Source of the DNA: Heterodontus francisci
Lineage: Eukaryota
Direction of reading: 5' to 3'
DNA: 64,000 nucleotides
Assembly: GCF_036365525.1 (NCBI RefSeq)
Contig: NC_090399.1
Coordinates: 54,158,430 to 54,222,429 of the forward strand
Part shown: positions 12,095 through 24,400 of the stretch, one piece after another
Numbering within the stretch: the first letter of the stretch is position 1
Layout: each line of letters starts with the position of its first letter
Notes under the pieces: model-generated
The model's database searches: none
What the model was told of the DNA's origin: nothing
The model's input: the letters and a program-made list of their open reading frames with translations, nothing else
Program-made: the position numbers and the translations under genes

Positions 12095-15000
12095 TGTCAT
12101 GCCACAGTAAAGACATATATTCCTAATTTTAAGATACAAACTTTATTCAAAGTTGACTCTTTAAAATTGATTTTACCTTTTAAAAAAAAAAAGTGGCAAT
12201 ACTGAAAAAGATGGCCGGCAAAGGTGAGACAACTTGTTCTTGTGTATTATAACATCGCCTCACTGTCTGTTACGGACAAAAGAATATATTCCAGGCGAAC
12301 AGGTGTTAATTGCGCCCATCCTGAAACCATCAAGAGACTTTCCTGTATTGAATGGGTTCTTCTGAAACAAAGAAGGTGTGAAGGAGCCACATTATAACAG
12401 GACTATATTCGTCCAGAAATTCAGCCAAAATGAAGAAGGAGCCCTGCTGCAAATTCTACAATTCTACTTTGTGCAGCAGAGAACTGAAAGCCTAAAGTCT
12501 TAACCACCAGAAAACTACAGCCACCCAGGCCTGCAACTTTGTAAGAAACTGTCCTCCAGGAAGATTCAATAGGTTTGCCGTGAACCCCAAGCACCTACCT
12601 CACTTCAAACTACTTAGCCTTTTCCTCTCTATCTTTTTGTGGTGTGTGAGAACGTGAATGTGCGTGGGTGCAGCTGAGACCATCTTTTGTTTAACCTATG
12701 AGAAAACCTGTCATTTGCCTGTTTATTTGACCTTAAGCACACTCAAGTGCTAATTCATCATGTTCAAGTAAACACAATTGTAGCCAATTTCGAGGTGAAC
12801 GGCACAAACCACCCACATTCCTCAACCACCTTTCCACAACAAATTGGGGACTCGAAGCCAAGATTCTGAACAAATCAGACTAAACAAGAGATTTGGGAAA
12901 AGGGAAGAAAATTCACTTCTAAAACTGTGGGAAAATTGAAACAAAAGGTTTTCCCATATCAGTTTTTTCTTTGCAGTGCTAGAAACAGGAAATATGGCCA
13001 CATTTAATGCTAAATAGTTTATAGAGCAGTGAGACTTCTCCCATGATAGTTAAATTAAGTATTGCAGATTCTAAAAGCTTAGCTACTGAGGTAGGAGTCA
13101 CTTTCAAACAAAAGCAAAGAAATCTGAACGCTGCGGAGTCCAGCTAATCAATGTAAACTTACCCTGCAGCCCAAAAAAGAAAGCATGGAATCGGAGTCTG
13201 AGAAAATAGTCCTAGCTCGAATGCAGAAGGAAAGGGAGAAATTGCAGTTGAAAAAAGAAGAGATGCTGTTGAAAAGAGGAAATACAATTGCAGAGAAGAG
13301 ATGTCAAAGCAGAACAAATACCACAGTATTGGTAACAGGGCTTACTGGCAAATGCTTGAAGCTTCCCTCAGTTAAAGATTACTTACAGAGTAAGTGGGTC
13401 ACTGGTGTAGTAATGGGTGGGGTCATTCAGACCTTACCAATGCAGGGTGTTGACCTATTGCTGGGCAATGACTTTGCGGAAAGCACAGTATTATACCCAG
13501 AGGGTCCAGAGCAGTCCACGGAGACTGGAGAAACTGACAGGAACAAACAAAACTGCACAGCTGCAGAGGGCTGAGGAAGTCCCAAAAATCCCACAGGGAC
13601 TGTTAGTCTCTTTAACCTTTACTGGCCCGAAAGGAAAGCCAGTAGAATTTAAAAAGGCCACTACAGAGCCAAAGGCAAGTAAAAGAGCTGAGATTAAAGC
13701 AGCAGCGGTATGGTTAGCCAAAACCTTCTTCACAGATTTAAACAGGGACAGGAAAGTTGCCAAACAGGCAAGGCAAGAATGCCCCTCCCAGCTGAAGTGG
13801 AGTGCAGCAGAAGCTGGATAGCCACACATGAGCAGTAATGTCCCAGAGGACATAGGGCAGATTGGGGGAAATCCCATCCCCAAAATAAAGGGAAAAGGGA
13901 AGGTAATATGCCCTAAAGTAAACAGCACTTGTGAAAGCTACAAGAAAGGTAAAAGTGAGGCGGCTGTGGATTTGCCTACTGAAGAATCAAACACTCAGGT
14001 TCTGAATCCAAACCTAACCAAACCCAGCAATTTAGATTCAGAACTATTTCAGTACAAAGTGCCAGAGAACTCAGACCCTTACAGAGGCTAAAAAAAAAAC
14101 AGTTTACCACCCACTGTCACCCTAGAGATAAGAATTATCAATGTGCCAGAACCTGAACTAGAAAATCCATGTGTTGTGGATGCAGCAGTTCAGGGGTTAA
14201 GGCCTGTACAGGCAGTAAAATTTGTTAACAGCCAGGAACAATGCAGTAATGGAAATTTGCACATTACAAACCTTGGAACAGAACAACTGTCTCTACAACT
14301 GCCTGTAAAATTAAATCCCTTCAAGGACTCAAGTCTCTCAAAAAATACACGTCTATTGGTAATTAACACTCCCAAAGTACTGCAAGCAGATGCTTGAGAA
14401 ATCCAACACCATTCGACAACACATAACTGGGATTCAAAAGTGGGGAACGGATAGAAAGTGCTAAGTTTTCTAAATAAAAGCTTTCCTGGGGCAAAACTTC
14501 AACACCCAAAAAGGAAATTCAATTATAATTGTGGCCCATCCAAACTTGAACAAGAAATGGCTGTTGCAGACAATGCCAGTTCAGCAGTTGTAAAATTGAG
14601 GTTTGGATGATACAAGTGAGTGCAGAATGTGTGTTCATGTTTCTCTTACTTTGCTCTGTAAATAATGTAAAACTAATGTATCAAGATTTCATTTTGATTT
14701 CTTTTGTCAGGGGTGTGTCATGCCCAGTAAAGGCATATCAATTTCCTACTTTTAAGATACAAACTTTATTGAAGGTGTACTCTTTAAAATTGACATTACT
14801 TTTTTTTTAAAGTGGAAAATGCTGCAAAAGATGGCTGCTGTAGGTCAGATGACTGGGCCTTGTGTATTCGAACACTGCCTCACTGTATGTTAGGGACAAA
14901 AGGCTACATTCTAGGCTAAGAGGTTTCAATTACATCCATCCTGAAACCATCAAAAGACATTCCTGAATTGAATGGATTCTTCTGAAACAAAGGTGTGGAG

Positions 15001-15438
15001 TAGCCACATCACAGCAGGATGATATTCATCCAGACCTTAATGGATGGCCAAGGATTTCACATCCTGGTCCATTGTGTGGTAACACCAGGGGAGAGGGCCA
15101 AGCATCAACACAGAAAGACTCTAATCTGACGCCTTTTGACCTTAATAGGCAACCCTCTGGTGGGAGAAAGAGAGAGGGAGATCAGAAGAACACCACAGAA
15201 AAGCAGCCCAGCTAAGGGCTGTGAAGAGGACTCCAACAAAAACTAGGAAGGAGTCCTGCTGTGAATTCTACACTTCAACTTGGTGCAGCAGAGAACTGAA
15301 AGTGACCCGTTCTTCCAGTCTAAAGTCTTAACCACCTGCAACTTTTAAAGAAACAGTCCAACAAGAAGATTTAACAGGTTTACCATGAACACCGAAGATC
15401 TATCTCAGTTCAAACCACTTACCGTGTGCCTCTCTACT
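12095..15438 (+). mobile_element. Degenerate, internally deleted LTR retroelement (Gypsy-like)
   Basis: The 5' LTR runs from TGTCATG (12095) to ACAACA (12841) and is followed by PBS-like aaTTGGGGACTCG, which resembles the tRNA-Pro PBS TGGGGGCTCG. A second LTR starts with TGTCATG at 14716 after a short purine tract and is truncated near 15438. An internal ORF at 13185-13574 has a coiled-coil-like stretch and LPMQGVDLLLGND (gag/protease remnant). No RT or integrase was seen. Confidence 0.75.
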
Positions 15439-15454
15439 TATCCAGTCGTTCGCA

Positions 15455-18400
15455 TATGAGTGTACTGAGGAAGCGCCGCATTGTTGGCGGGTCATTCCTG
15501 AGGGAGCGCCGCACGTTTGGAGGGTCAGTACGGAGAGAGCAGGGGATCGCCGCGCTGTCGGAGTATTGATGCTGAGGGAGGACTGCGATGTCGAAGGGTT
15601 GGTGCCGAGGGAGTGCCGCGCTGTCAGAGCATCGGTGCCAAGGGATCACTGCGCTTTCAGATCATTGGTGCCGAGGGAGCGCTGTGCTGTCACAGGATTG
15701 GTGCTGAGGGAGTGCCGCGCTGTTGGAGGGTCATGCTGAGAGAGCAGCGTGCTATCTGAGGAGGTCGGTGCCGAGGGAGCACCGCGCTGTCAGAGCATTG
15801 GGACCGAGGGAGTGCTGGAATGTTGACGAGGGTCATTACGTGGGAGCACCATGGTGTTGGAGAGTTGGTGCCGAGGGAGCGCCGAATCTTCGGAGGGTCA
15901 GTACTGAGGGAGTGCTGCACTGTCAGAAGATCAGTACTGAGGGAGTGCCACACTGTCGGAGGGTCGGTACCGAGGGAGTGCCGCACTGTCGGAGGGTCGG
16001 TACCGAGAGAGTATCGGATGGTCGGTACTGAGGGAGTGCCACACTGTCGGATGGTCGGTACTGAGGGAGTGCCACACTGTCGCAGGATCGGAACCAAGGG
16101 AGTGCCGCACCGTCGGAGGGTCGGTACCGAGGGAGTGCCGCTCCGTCGGAGGGTCGGTACCGAGGGAGAGCCGCACCGTCGGAGGGTCGGTACTGAGGGA
16201 GTGCCGCTCCGTCGGAGGGTCGGTACCGAGGGAGCGCCGCACCGTCGGAGAGTTGGTACCAAGGGACTGCCACACCATTGGAGGGTCGGTACCGATGGAG
16301 TGTCGCAGGGTCGGTACTGAGGGAGTGTCGCACTGTCGCAGGGTCTGTACCGAGGGAGTGTCGCACTGTCGGAGGGTCGATAGTGAAGGAGTGCCGCACA
16401 GTTGCAGGGTCGGTACTGAGGGAGTGCCGCACAATTGCAGGGTCAGTACTGAGGGAGTGCCGCACAGTCGCAGGGTCAGTACCGAGGGAGTGTCGCACTG
16501 CCGGTGAGTCGGTAGTGAGGGAGTGCCGCACAGTCGCAGGGTCAGTACCGAGGGGGTGCCGCACAGTCGCAAGGTCAGTACTGAGGGAGTGCCGCACTGT
16601 TGGAGGGTCGGTAGTAAGGGAGTGCCTCACTGTCGTAGGGTCAGTACCGAGGGAGTGTCGCACAGTCGCAGGGTCAGTACCGAGGGAGTGCTGCACTGTC
16701 GGAGGGTCAGTACTGAGGGAGTGCCGCAGGGTCAGTACCAAGGGAGTGCCGCACTATCGCAGGGTCAGTACCAAGGGAGTGTCGCACTGTCGGAAGGTCG
16801 GAAGTGAGGGAGTGCCGCACTGTCGCAGGGTCAGTACTGAGGGAGTGTCGCACTGTTGCAGGGTCAGTACTGAGGGAGTGCCGCACAGTTGCAGGGTCAG
16901 AACTGAGGGAGTGCCGCACTGTCTCAGGGTCAGTATTGAGGTAGTGCCGCACCGTCGGAGGGTCGGTACCAAGGGAGCGCAGCACCGTCGGAGGGTCGGT
17001 ACCGAGGGAGCGCAGCACCGCCACAGGCTCGGTACTGAGTGAGTGCCGCACCGTCGCAGGGTCAGTAGTGAGGATGTGCCGCGCCATCGGAAGGTCGGAA
17101 CTGAGGGAGTGCTGCACTGTGGGAAGGTCGGTACTGAGAGAGTGCTGCACTGTCGGAGGGTCGGTACTGAGAGAGTGCTGCACTGTCGGAAGGTCGGTAC
17201 TGAGAGAGTGCTGCACTGTCGGAAGGTCGGTACTGAGAGAGTACTGCACTGTGGGAAGGTCGGTACTGAGAGAGTGCTGCACTGTCGGAAGGTCGGTACT
17301 GAGAGAGTGCTGCACTGTGGGAAGGTCGGTACTGAAAGAGTGCTGCACTGTGGGAAGGTCGGTACTCGGAGTGCTGCACTGTCGGAAGGTCGGTACTGAG
17401 AGAGTGCTGCACTGTGGGAAGGTCGGTACTGAGAGAGTGCTGCACTGTCGGAAGGTTGGTACTCGGAGTGCTGCACTGTCGGAAGGTCGGTACTCGGAGT
17501 GCTGCACTGTCGGAAGGTCGGTACTGAGAGAGTGCTGCACTGTCGGAAGGTTGGTACTCGGAGTGCTGCACTGTCGGAAGGTCGGTACTCTGAGTGCTGC
17601 ACTGTCGGAAGGTCGGTACTCGGAGTGCTGCAATGTCGGAAGGTCGGTACTGAGAGAGTACTGCACTGTGGGAAGGTCGGTACTGAGAGAGTGCTGCACT
17701 GTCGGAAGGTCGGTACTGAGAGAGTGCTGCACTGTCGGAAGGTTGGTACTCGGAGTAGTGCACTGTCGGAAGGTCGGTACTCGGAGTGCTGCACTGTCGG
17801 AAGGTCGGTACTCGGAGTGCTGCACTGTCGGAAGGACGGTACTGAGAGAGTGCTGCACTGTCGTAAGGTCGGTACTGAGAGAGTACTGCACTGTCGGAAG
17901 GTCGGTACTGAAAGAGTGCTGCACTGTCGGAAGGTCGGAACTGAGGGAGTGCTGCACTGTCGGAAGGTCGGTACTGAGAGAGTGCTGCACTGTGGGAAGG
18001 TCGGTACTGAGAGAGTGCTGCACTGTGGGAAGGTCGGTACTCGGAGTGCTGCACTGTCGGAAGGTCGGTACTGAGAGAGAGCTGCGCTGTCGGAAGGTCG
18101 GTACTGAGAGAGTGCTGCACTGTTGGAGGGTCGGTACTGAGAGAGTGCTGCACTGTGGGAAGGTCGGTACTGAGAGAGTGCTGCACTGTCGGAAGGTCGG
18201 TACTGAGAGAGTACTGCACTGTCGGAAGGTCGGTACTGAGAGAGTGCTGCACTGTCGGAGGGTCGGTACTGAGAGAGTGCTACACTGTCGGAAGGTCGGT
18301 ACTGAGAGAGTGCTGCACTGTCGGAGGGTCGGTACTGAGAGAGTGCTGCACTGTCGGAAGGTTGGTACTGAGAGAGTGCTGCACTGTCGGAAGGTGGGTA

Positions 18401-21400
18401 CTGAGAGAGTGCTGCACTGTGGGAAGGTCGGAACTGAGGGAGTGCTGCACTGTGGGAAGGTCGGTACTCGGAGTGCTGCACTGTCGGAAGGTCGGTACTG
18501 AGAGAGTGCTGTGCTGTCGGAAGGTCGGTACTGAGAGAGTGCTGCACTGTCAGAAGGTCGGTACTGAGAGAGTGCTGCACTGTCGGAAGGTCGGTACTGA
18601 GAGAGTGCTGCACTGTCAGAAGGTCGGTACTGAGAGAGTGCTGCACTGTCGGAAGGTCGGTACTGAGAGAGTGCTGCACTGTCGGAAGGTCGGTACTGAG
18701 AGAGTGCTGCACTGTGGGAAGGTCGGTACTGAGAGAGTGCTGCACAGTGGGAAGGTCGGTACTGAGAGAGTGCTGCACTGTCGGAAGGTCGGTACTCGGA
18801 GTGCTGCACTGTCGGAAGGTCGGTACTGAGAGAGTGCTGCACTGTCGGAAGGTCGGTACTGAGAGAGTGCTGTACTGTGGGAAGGTCGGTACTGAGAGAG
18901 TGCTGCACTGTGGGAAGGTCGGTACTGAGAGAGTGCTGCACTGTCGGAAGGTTGGTACTCGGAGAGCTGCACTGTCGGAAGGTCGGTACTCGGAGTGCTG
19001 CACTGTCGGAAGGTCGGTACTCGGAGTGCTGCACTGTCGGAAGGTCGGTACTGAGAGAGTACTGCACTGTCGGAAGGTCGGTACTGAGAGAGTGCTGCAC
19101 TGTGGGAAGGTCGGTACTGAGAGAGTGCTGCACTGTGGGAAGGTCGGTACTGAGAGAGTGCTGCACTGTGGGAAGGTCGGTACTGAGAGAGTGCTGCACT
19201 GTGGGAAGGTCGGTACTCGGAGTGCTGCACTGTCAGAAAGTCGGTACTGAGAGAGTGCTGCACTGTGGGAAGGTCGGTATTCGGAGTGCTGCACTGTCGG
19301 AAGGTCGGTACTGAGAGAGTGCTGCACTGTGGGAAGGTCGGTACTCGGAGTGCTGCACTGTCGGAAGGTCGGTACTGAGAGAGTGCTGCACTGTCAGAAA
19401 GTCGGTACTGAGAGAGTGCTGCACTGTGGGAAGGTCGGTACTGAGAGAGTGCTGCACTGTGGGAAGGTCGGTACTCGGAGTGCTGCACTGTCGGAGGGTC
19501 GGTACTGAGAGAGTGCTGCACTGTCGGAAGGTCGGTACTGAGAGAGTGCTGCACTGTCAGAAAGTCGGTACTGAGAGAGTGCTGCACTGTCGGAAGGTCG
19601 GTACTCGGAGTGCTGCACTGTCGCAGGGTCGGTACTGAGAGAGTGCTGCACTGTGGGAAGGTCGGTACTGAGAGAGTGCTGCACTGTCGGAGGGTCGGTA
19701 CTGAGAGAGTGCTGCACTGTCGGAAGGTCGGTACTGAGAGAGTGCTGCACTGTCGGAAGGTCGGTACTGAGAGAGTGCTGCACTGTCGGAAGGTCGGTAC
19801 TGAGAGAGGTTGGTACTGAGAGAGTGCTGCACTGTCGGAAGGTCGGTACTCGGAGTGCTGCACTGTCGGAAGGTCGGTACTGAGAGAGTGCTGCACTGTC
19901 GGAAGGTCGGTACTGAGAGAGTGCTGCACTGTCGGAAGGTCGGTACTGAGAGAGTGCTGCACTGTCGGAAGGTCGGTACTCGGAGTGCTGCACTGTCGGA
20001 AGGTCGGAACTGAGAGAGTGCTGCACTGTCGGAAGGTCGGTACTGAGAGAGTGCTGCACTGTCGGAAGGTCGGTACTCGGAGTGCTGCACTGTCGGAAGG
20101 TCGGCACTGAGAGAGTGCTGCGCTGTCGGAAGGTCGGTACTGAGAGAGTGCTGCACTTTCGGAAAGTCAGTACTCGGAGTGCTGCACTGTGGGAAGGTCG
20201 GTACTGAGAGAGTGCTGCACTTTCGGAAAGTCAGTACTCGGAGTGCTGCACTGTCGGAAGGTCGGTACTGAGAGAGTGCTGCACTGTGGGAAGGTCGGTA
20301 CTGAGAGAGTGCTGCACTTTCGGAAAGTCAGTACTCGGAGTGCTGCACTGTCGGAAGGTCGGTACTCGGAGTGCTGCACTGTCGGAGGGTCGGTACTGAG
20401 AGAGTACTGCACTGTGGGAAGATCAGTACTGAGAGAGTGCTGCACTGTGGGAAGTTCGGTACTGAGAGAGTGCTGCACTGTCGGAAGGTCGGTACTGAGA
20501 GAGTGCTGCACTGTCGGAAGGTCGGTACTCGGAGTGCTGCACTGTCGGAAGGTCGGTACTGAGAGAGTGCTGCGCTGTCGGAAGGTCGGGACACGGAGTG
20601 CTGCACGGTCGGAGGGTCGGTACTGAGAGAGTGCTGCACTGTCGGAAGGTCGGTACTCGGAGTGCTGCACTGTCGGAAGGTCGGTTCTGAGAGAGTGCTG
20701 CGCTGTCGGAAGGTCGGGACTCGGAGTGCTGCACTGTGGGAAGGTCGGTACTGAGAGAGTGCTGCACTGTCGGAAGGTCGGTACTCGGAGTGCTGCACTG
20801 TCGGAAGGTCGGTACTGAGAGAGTACTGCACTGTCGGAAGGTCGGTACTGAGAGAGTGCTGCACTTTCGGAAAGTCAGTACTCGGAGTGCTGCACTGTCG
20901 GAGGGTCGGTACTGAGAGAGTACTGCACTGTCGGAAGGTCGGTACTGAGAGAGTGCTGCACTGTCGGAAGGTCGGTACTGAGAGAGTGCTGCACTGTCGG
21001 AAGGTCGGTACTGAGAGAGTGCTGCACTGTGGGAAGGTCGGTACTGAGAGAGTGCTGCACTGTGGGAAGGTCGGTACTGAGAGAGTGCTGCACTTTCGGA
21101 AAGTCAGTACTCGGAGTGCTGCACTGTGGGAAGGTCGGTACTGAGAGAGTGCTGCACTGTGGGAAGGTCGGTACTGAGAGAGTGCTGCACTTTCGGAAAG
21201 TCAGTACTCGGAGTGCTGCACTGTCGGAAGGTCGGTACTGAGAGAGTGCTGCACTGTCGGAAGGTCGGTACTGAGAGAGTGCTGCACTTTCGGAAAGTCA
21301 GTACTCGGAGTGCTGCACTGTCGGAGGGTCGGTACTCGGAATGCTGCACTGTCGGAGGGTCGGTACTGAGAGAGTACTGCACTGTGGGAAGATCGGTACT

Positions 21401-24400
21401 GAGAGAGTGCTGCACTGTCGGAAGGTCGGTACTGAGAGAGTGCTGCACTTTCGGAAAGTCAGTACTCGGAGTGCTGCACTGTCGGAAGGTCGGTACTCGG
21501 AGTGCTGCACTTTCGGAAGGTCGGTACTGAGAGAGTACTGCACTGTGGGAAGATCGGTACTGAGAGAGTGCTGCACTGTGGGAAGGTCGGTACTGAGAGA
21601 GTGCTGCACTGTCGGAAGGTCGGTACTGAGAGAGTGCTGCACTGTCGGAAGGTCGGTACTGAGAGAGTGCTGCACTGTCGGAAGGTCGGTACTGAGAGAG
21701 TGCTGCACTGTCGGAAGGTCGGTACTCGGAGTGCTGCACTGTCAGAAGGTCGGTACTGAGAGAGTGCTGCACTGTCGGAAGGTCGGTACTGAGAGAGTGC
21801 TGCACTGTCGGAAGGTCGGTACTCGGAGTGCTGCACTGTCGGAAGGTCGGCACTGAGAGAGTGCTGCGCTGTCGGAAGGTCGGTACTGAGAGAGTGCTGC
21901 ACTTTCGGAAAGTCAGTACTCGGAGTGCTGCACTGTCGGAGGGTCGGTACTGAGAGAGTACTGCACTGTCGGAAGGTCGGTACTGAGAGAGTGCTGCACT
22001 ATCGGAAGGTCGGTACTGAGAAAGTGCTGCACTGTCGGAAGGTCGGTACTGAGAGAGTGCTGCACTGTGGGAAGGTCGGTACTGAGTGAGTGCTGCACTG
22101 TGGGAAGGTCGGTACTGAGAGAGTGCTGCACTTTCGGAAAGTCAGTACTCGGAGTGCTGCACTGTTGGAAGGTCGGTACTGAGAGAGTGCTGCACTGTCG
22201 GAAGGTCGGTACTGAGAGAGTGCTGCACTTTCGGAAAGTCAGTACTCGGAGTGCTGCACTGTCGGAGGGTCGGTACTGAGAGAGTACTGCACTGTGGGAA
22301 GATCAGTACTGAGAGAGTGCTGCACTGTGGGAAGGTCGGTACTGAGAGAGTGCTGCACTGTCGGAAGGTCGGTACTGAGAGAGTGCTGCACTGTCGGAAG
22401 GTCGGTACTCGGAGTGCTGCACTGTCGGAAGGTCGGTACTGAGAGAGTGCTGCGCTGTCGGAAGGTCGGGACTTGGAGTGCTGCACGGTCGGAGGGTCGG
22501 TACTGAGAGAATGCTGCACTGTCGGAAGGTCGGTACTCGGAGTGCTGCACTGTCGGAAGGTGGGTACTGAGAGAGTGCTGCGCTGTCGGAAGGTCGGGAC
22601 TCGGAGTGCTGCACTGTGGGAAGGTCGGTACTGAGAGAGTGCTGCACTGTCGGAAGGTCGGTACTGAGAGAGTGCTGCACTTTCGGAAAGTCAGTACTCG
22701 GAGTGCTGCACTGTCGGAGGGTCGGTACTGAGAGAGTACTGCACTGTCGGAAGGTCGGTACTGAGAGAGTGCTGCACTGTCGGAAGGTCGGTACTGAGAG
22801 AGTGCTGCACTGTCGGAAGGTCGGTACTGAGAGAGTGCTGCACTGTGGGAAGGTCGGTACTGAGAGAGTGCTGCACTGTGGGAAGGTCGGTACTGAGAGA
22901 GTGCTGCACTTTCGGAAAGTCAGTACTCGGAGTGCTGCACTGTGGGAAGGTCGGTACTGAGAGAGTGCTGCACTGTGGGAAGGTCGGTACTGAGAGAGTG
23001 CTGCACTTTCGGAAAGTCAGTACTCGGAGTGCTGCACTGTCGGAAGGTCGGTACTGAGAGAGTGCTGCACTGTCGGAAGGTCGGTACTGAGAGAGTGCTG
23101 CACTTTCGGAAAGTCAGTACTCGGAGTGCTGCACTGTCGGAAGGTCGGTACTCGGAATGCTGCACTGTCGGAGGGTCGGTACTGAGAGAGTACTGCACTG
23201 TGGGAAGATCGGTACTGAGAGAGTGCTGCACTGTCGGAAGGTCGGTACTGAGAGAGTGCTGCACTGTCGGAAGGTCGGTACTGAGAGAGTGCTGCACTGT
23301 CGGAAGGTCGGTACTCGGAGTGCTGCACTGTCGGAAGGTCGGTACTGAGAGAGTGCTGCGCTGTCGGAAGGTCGGGACTCGGAGTGCTGCACGGTCGGAG
23401 GGTCGGTACTGAGAGAGTGCTGCACTGTCGGAAGGTCGGGACTCGGAGTGCTGCACTGTGGGAAGGTCGGTACTGAGAGAGTGCTGCACTGTCGGAAGGT
23501 CGGTACTCGGAGTGCTGCACTGTCGGAAGGTCGGTACTGAGAGAGTGCTGCACTGTGGGAAGGTCGGTACTGAGAGAGTGCTGCACTGTCGGAAGGTCGG
23601 GACTCGCAGTGCTGCACGGTCGGAGGGTCGGTACTGAGAGAGTGCTGCACTGTCGGAAGGTCGGGACTCGGAGTGCTGCACTGTCGGAAGATCGGTACTG
23701 AGAGAGTGCTGCACTGTCGGAAGGTCGGTACTGAGAGAGTGCTGCACTGTCGGAAGGTCGGGACTCGGAGTGCTGCACGGTCGGAAGGTCGGTACTGAGA
23801 GAGTGCTGCACTGTCGGAAGGTCGGTACTCGGAGTGCTGCACTGTCGGAAGGTCGGTACTGAGAGAGTGCTGCGCTGTCGGAAGGTCGGGACTCGGAGTG
23901 CTGCACGGTCGGAGGGTCGGTACTGAGAGAGTGCTGCACTGTCGGAAGGTCGGTACTCGGAGTGCTGCACTGTCGGAAGGTCGGTACTGAGAGAGTGCTG
24001 CGCTGTCGGAAGGTCGGGACTCGGAGTGCTGCACTGTGGGAAGGTCGGTACTGAGAGAGTGCTGCACTGTCGGAAGGTCGGTACTCGGAGTGCTGCACTG
24101 TCGGAAGGTCGGTACTGAGAGAGTACTGCACTGTCGGAAGGTCGGTACTGAGAGAGTGCTGCACTTTCGGAAAGTCAGTACTCGGAGTGCTGCACTGTCG
24201 GAGGGTCGGTACTGAGAGAGTACTGCACTGTCGGAAGGTCGGTACTGAGAGAGTGCTGCACTGTCGGAAGGTCGGTACTGAGAGAGTGCTGCACTGTCGG
24301 AAGGTCGGTACTGAGAGAGTGCTGCACTGTGGGAAGGTCGGTACTGAGAGAGTGCTGCACTGTGGGAAGGTCGGTACTGAGAGAGTGCTGCACTTTCGGA

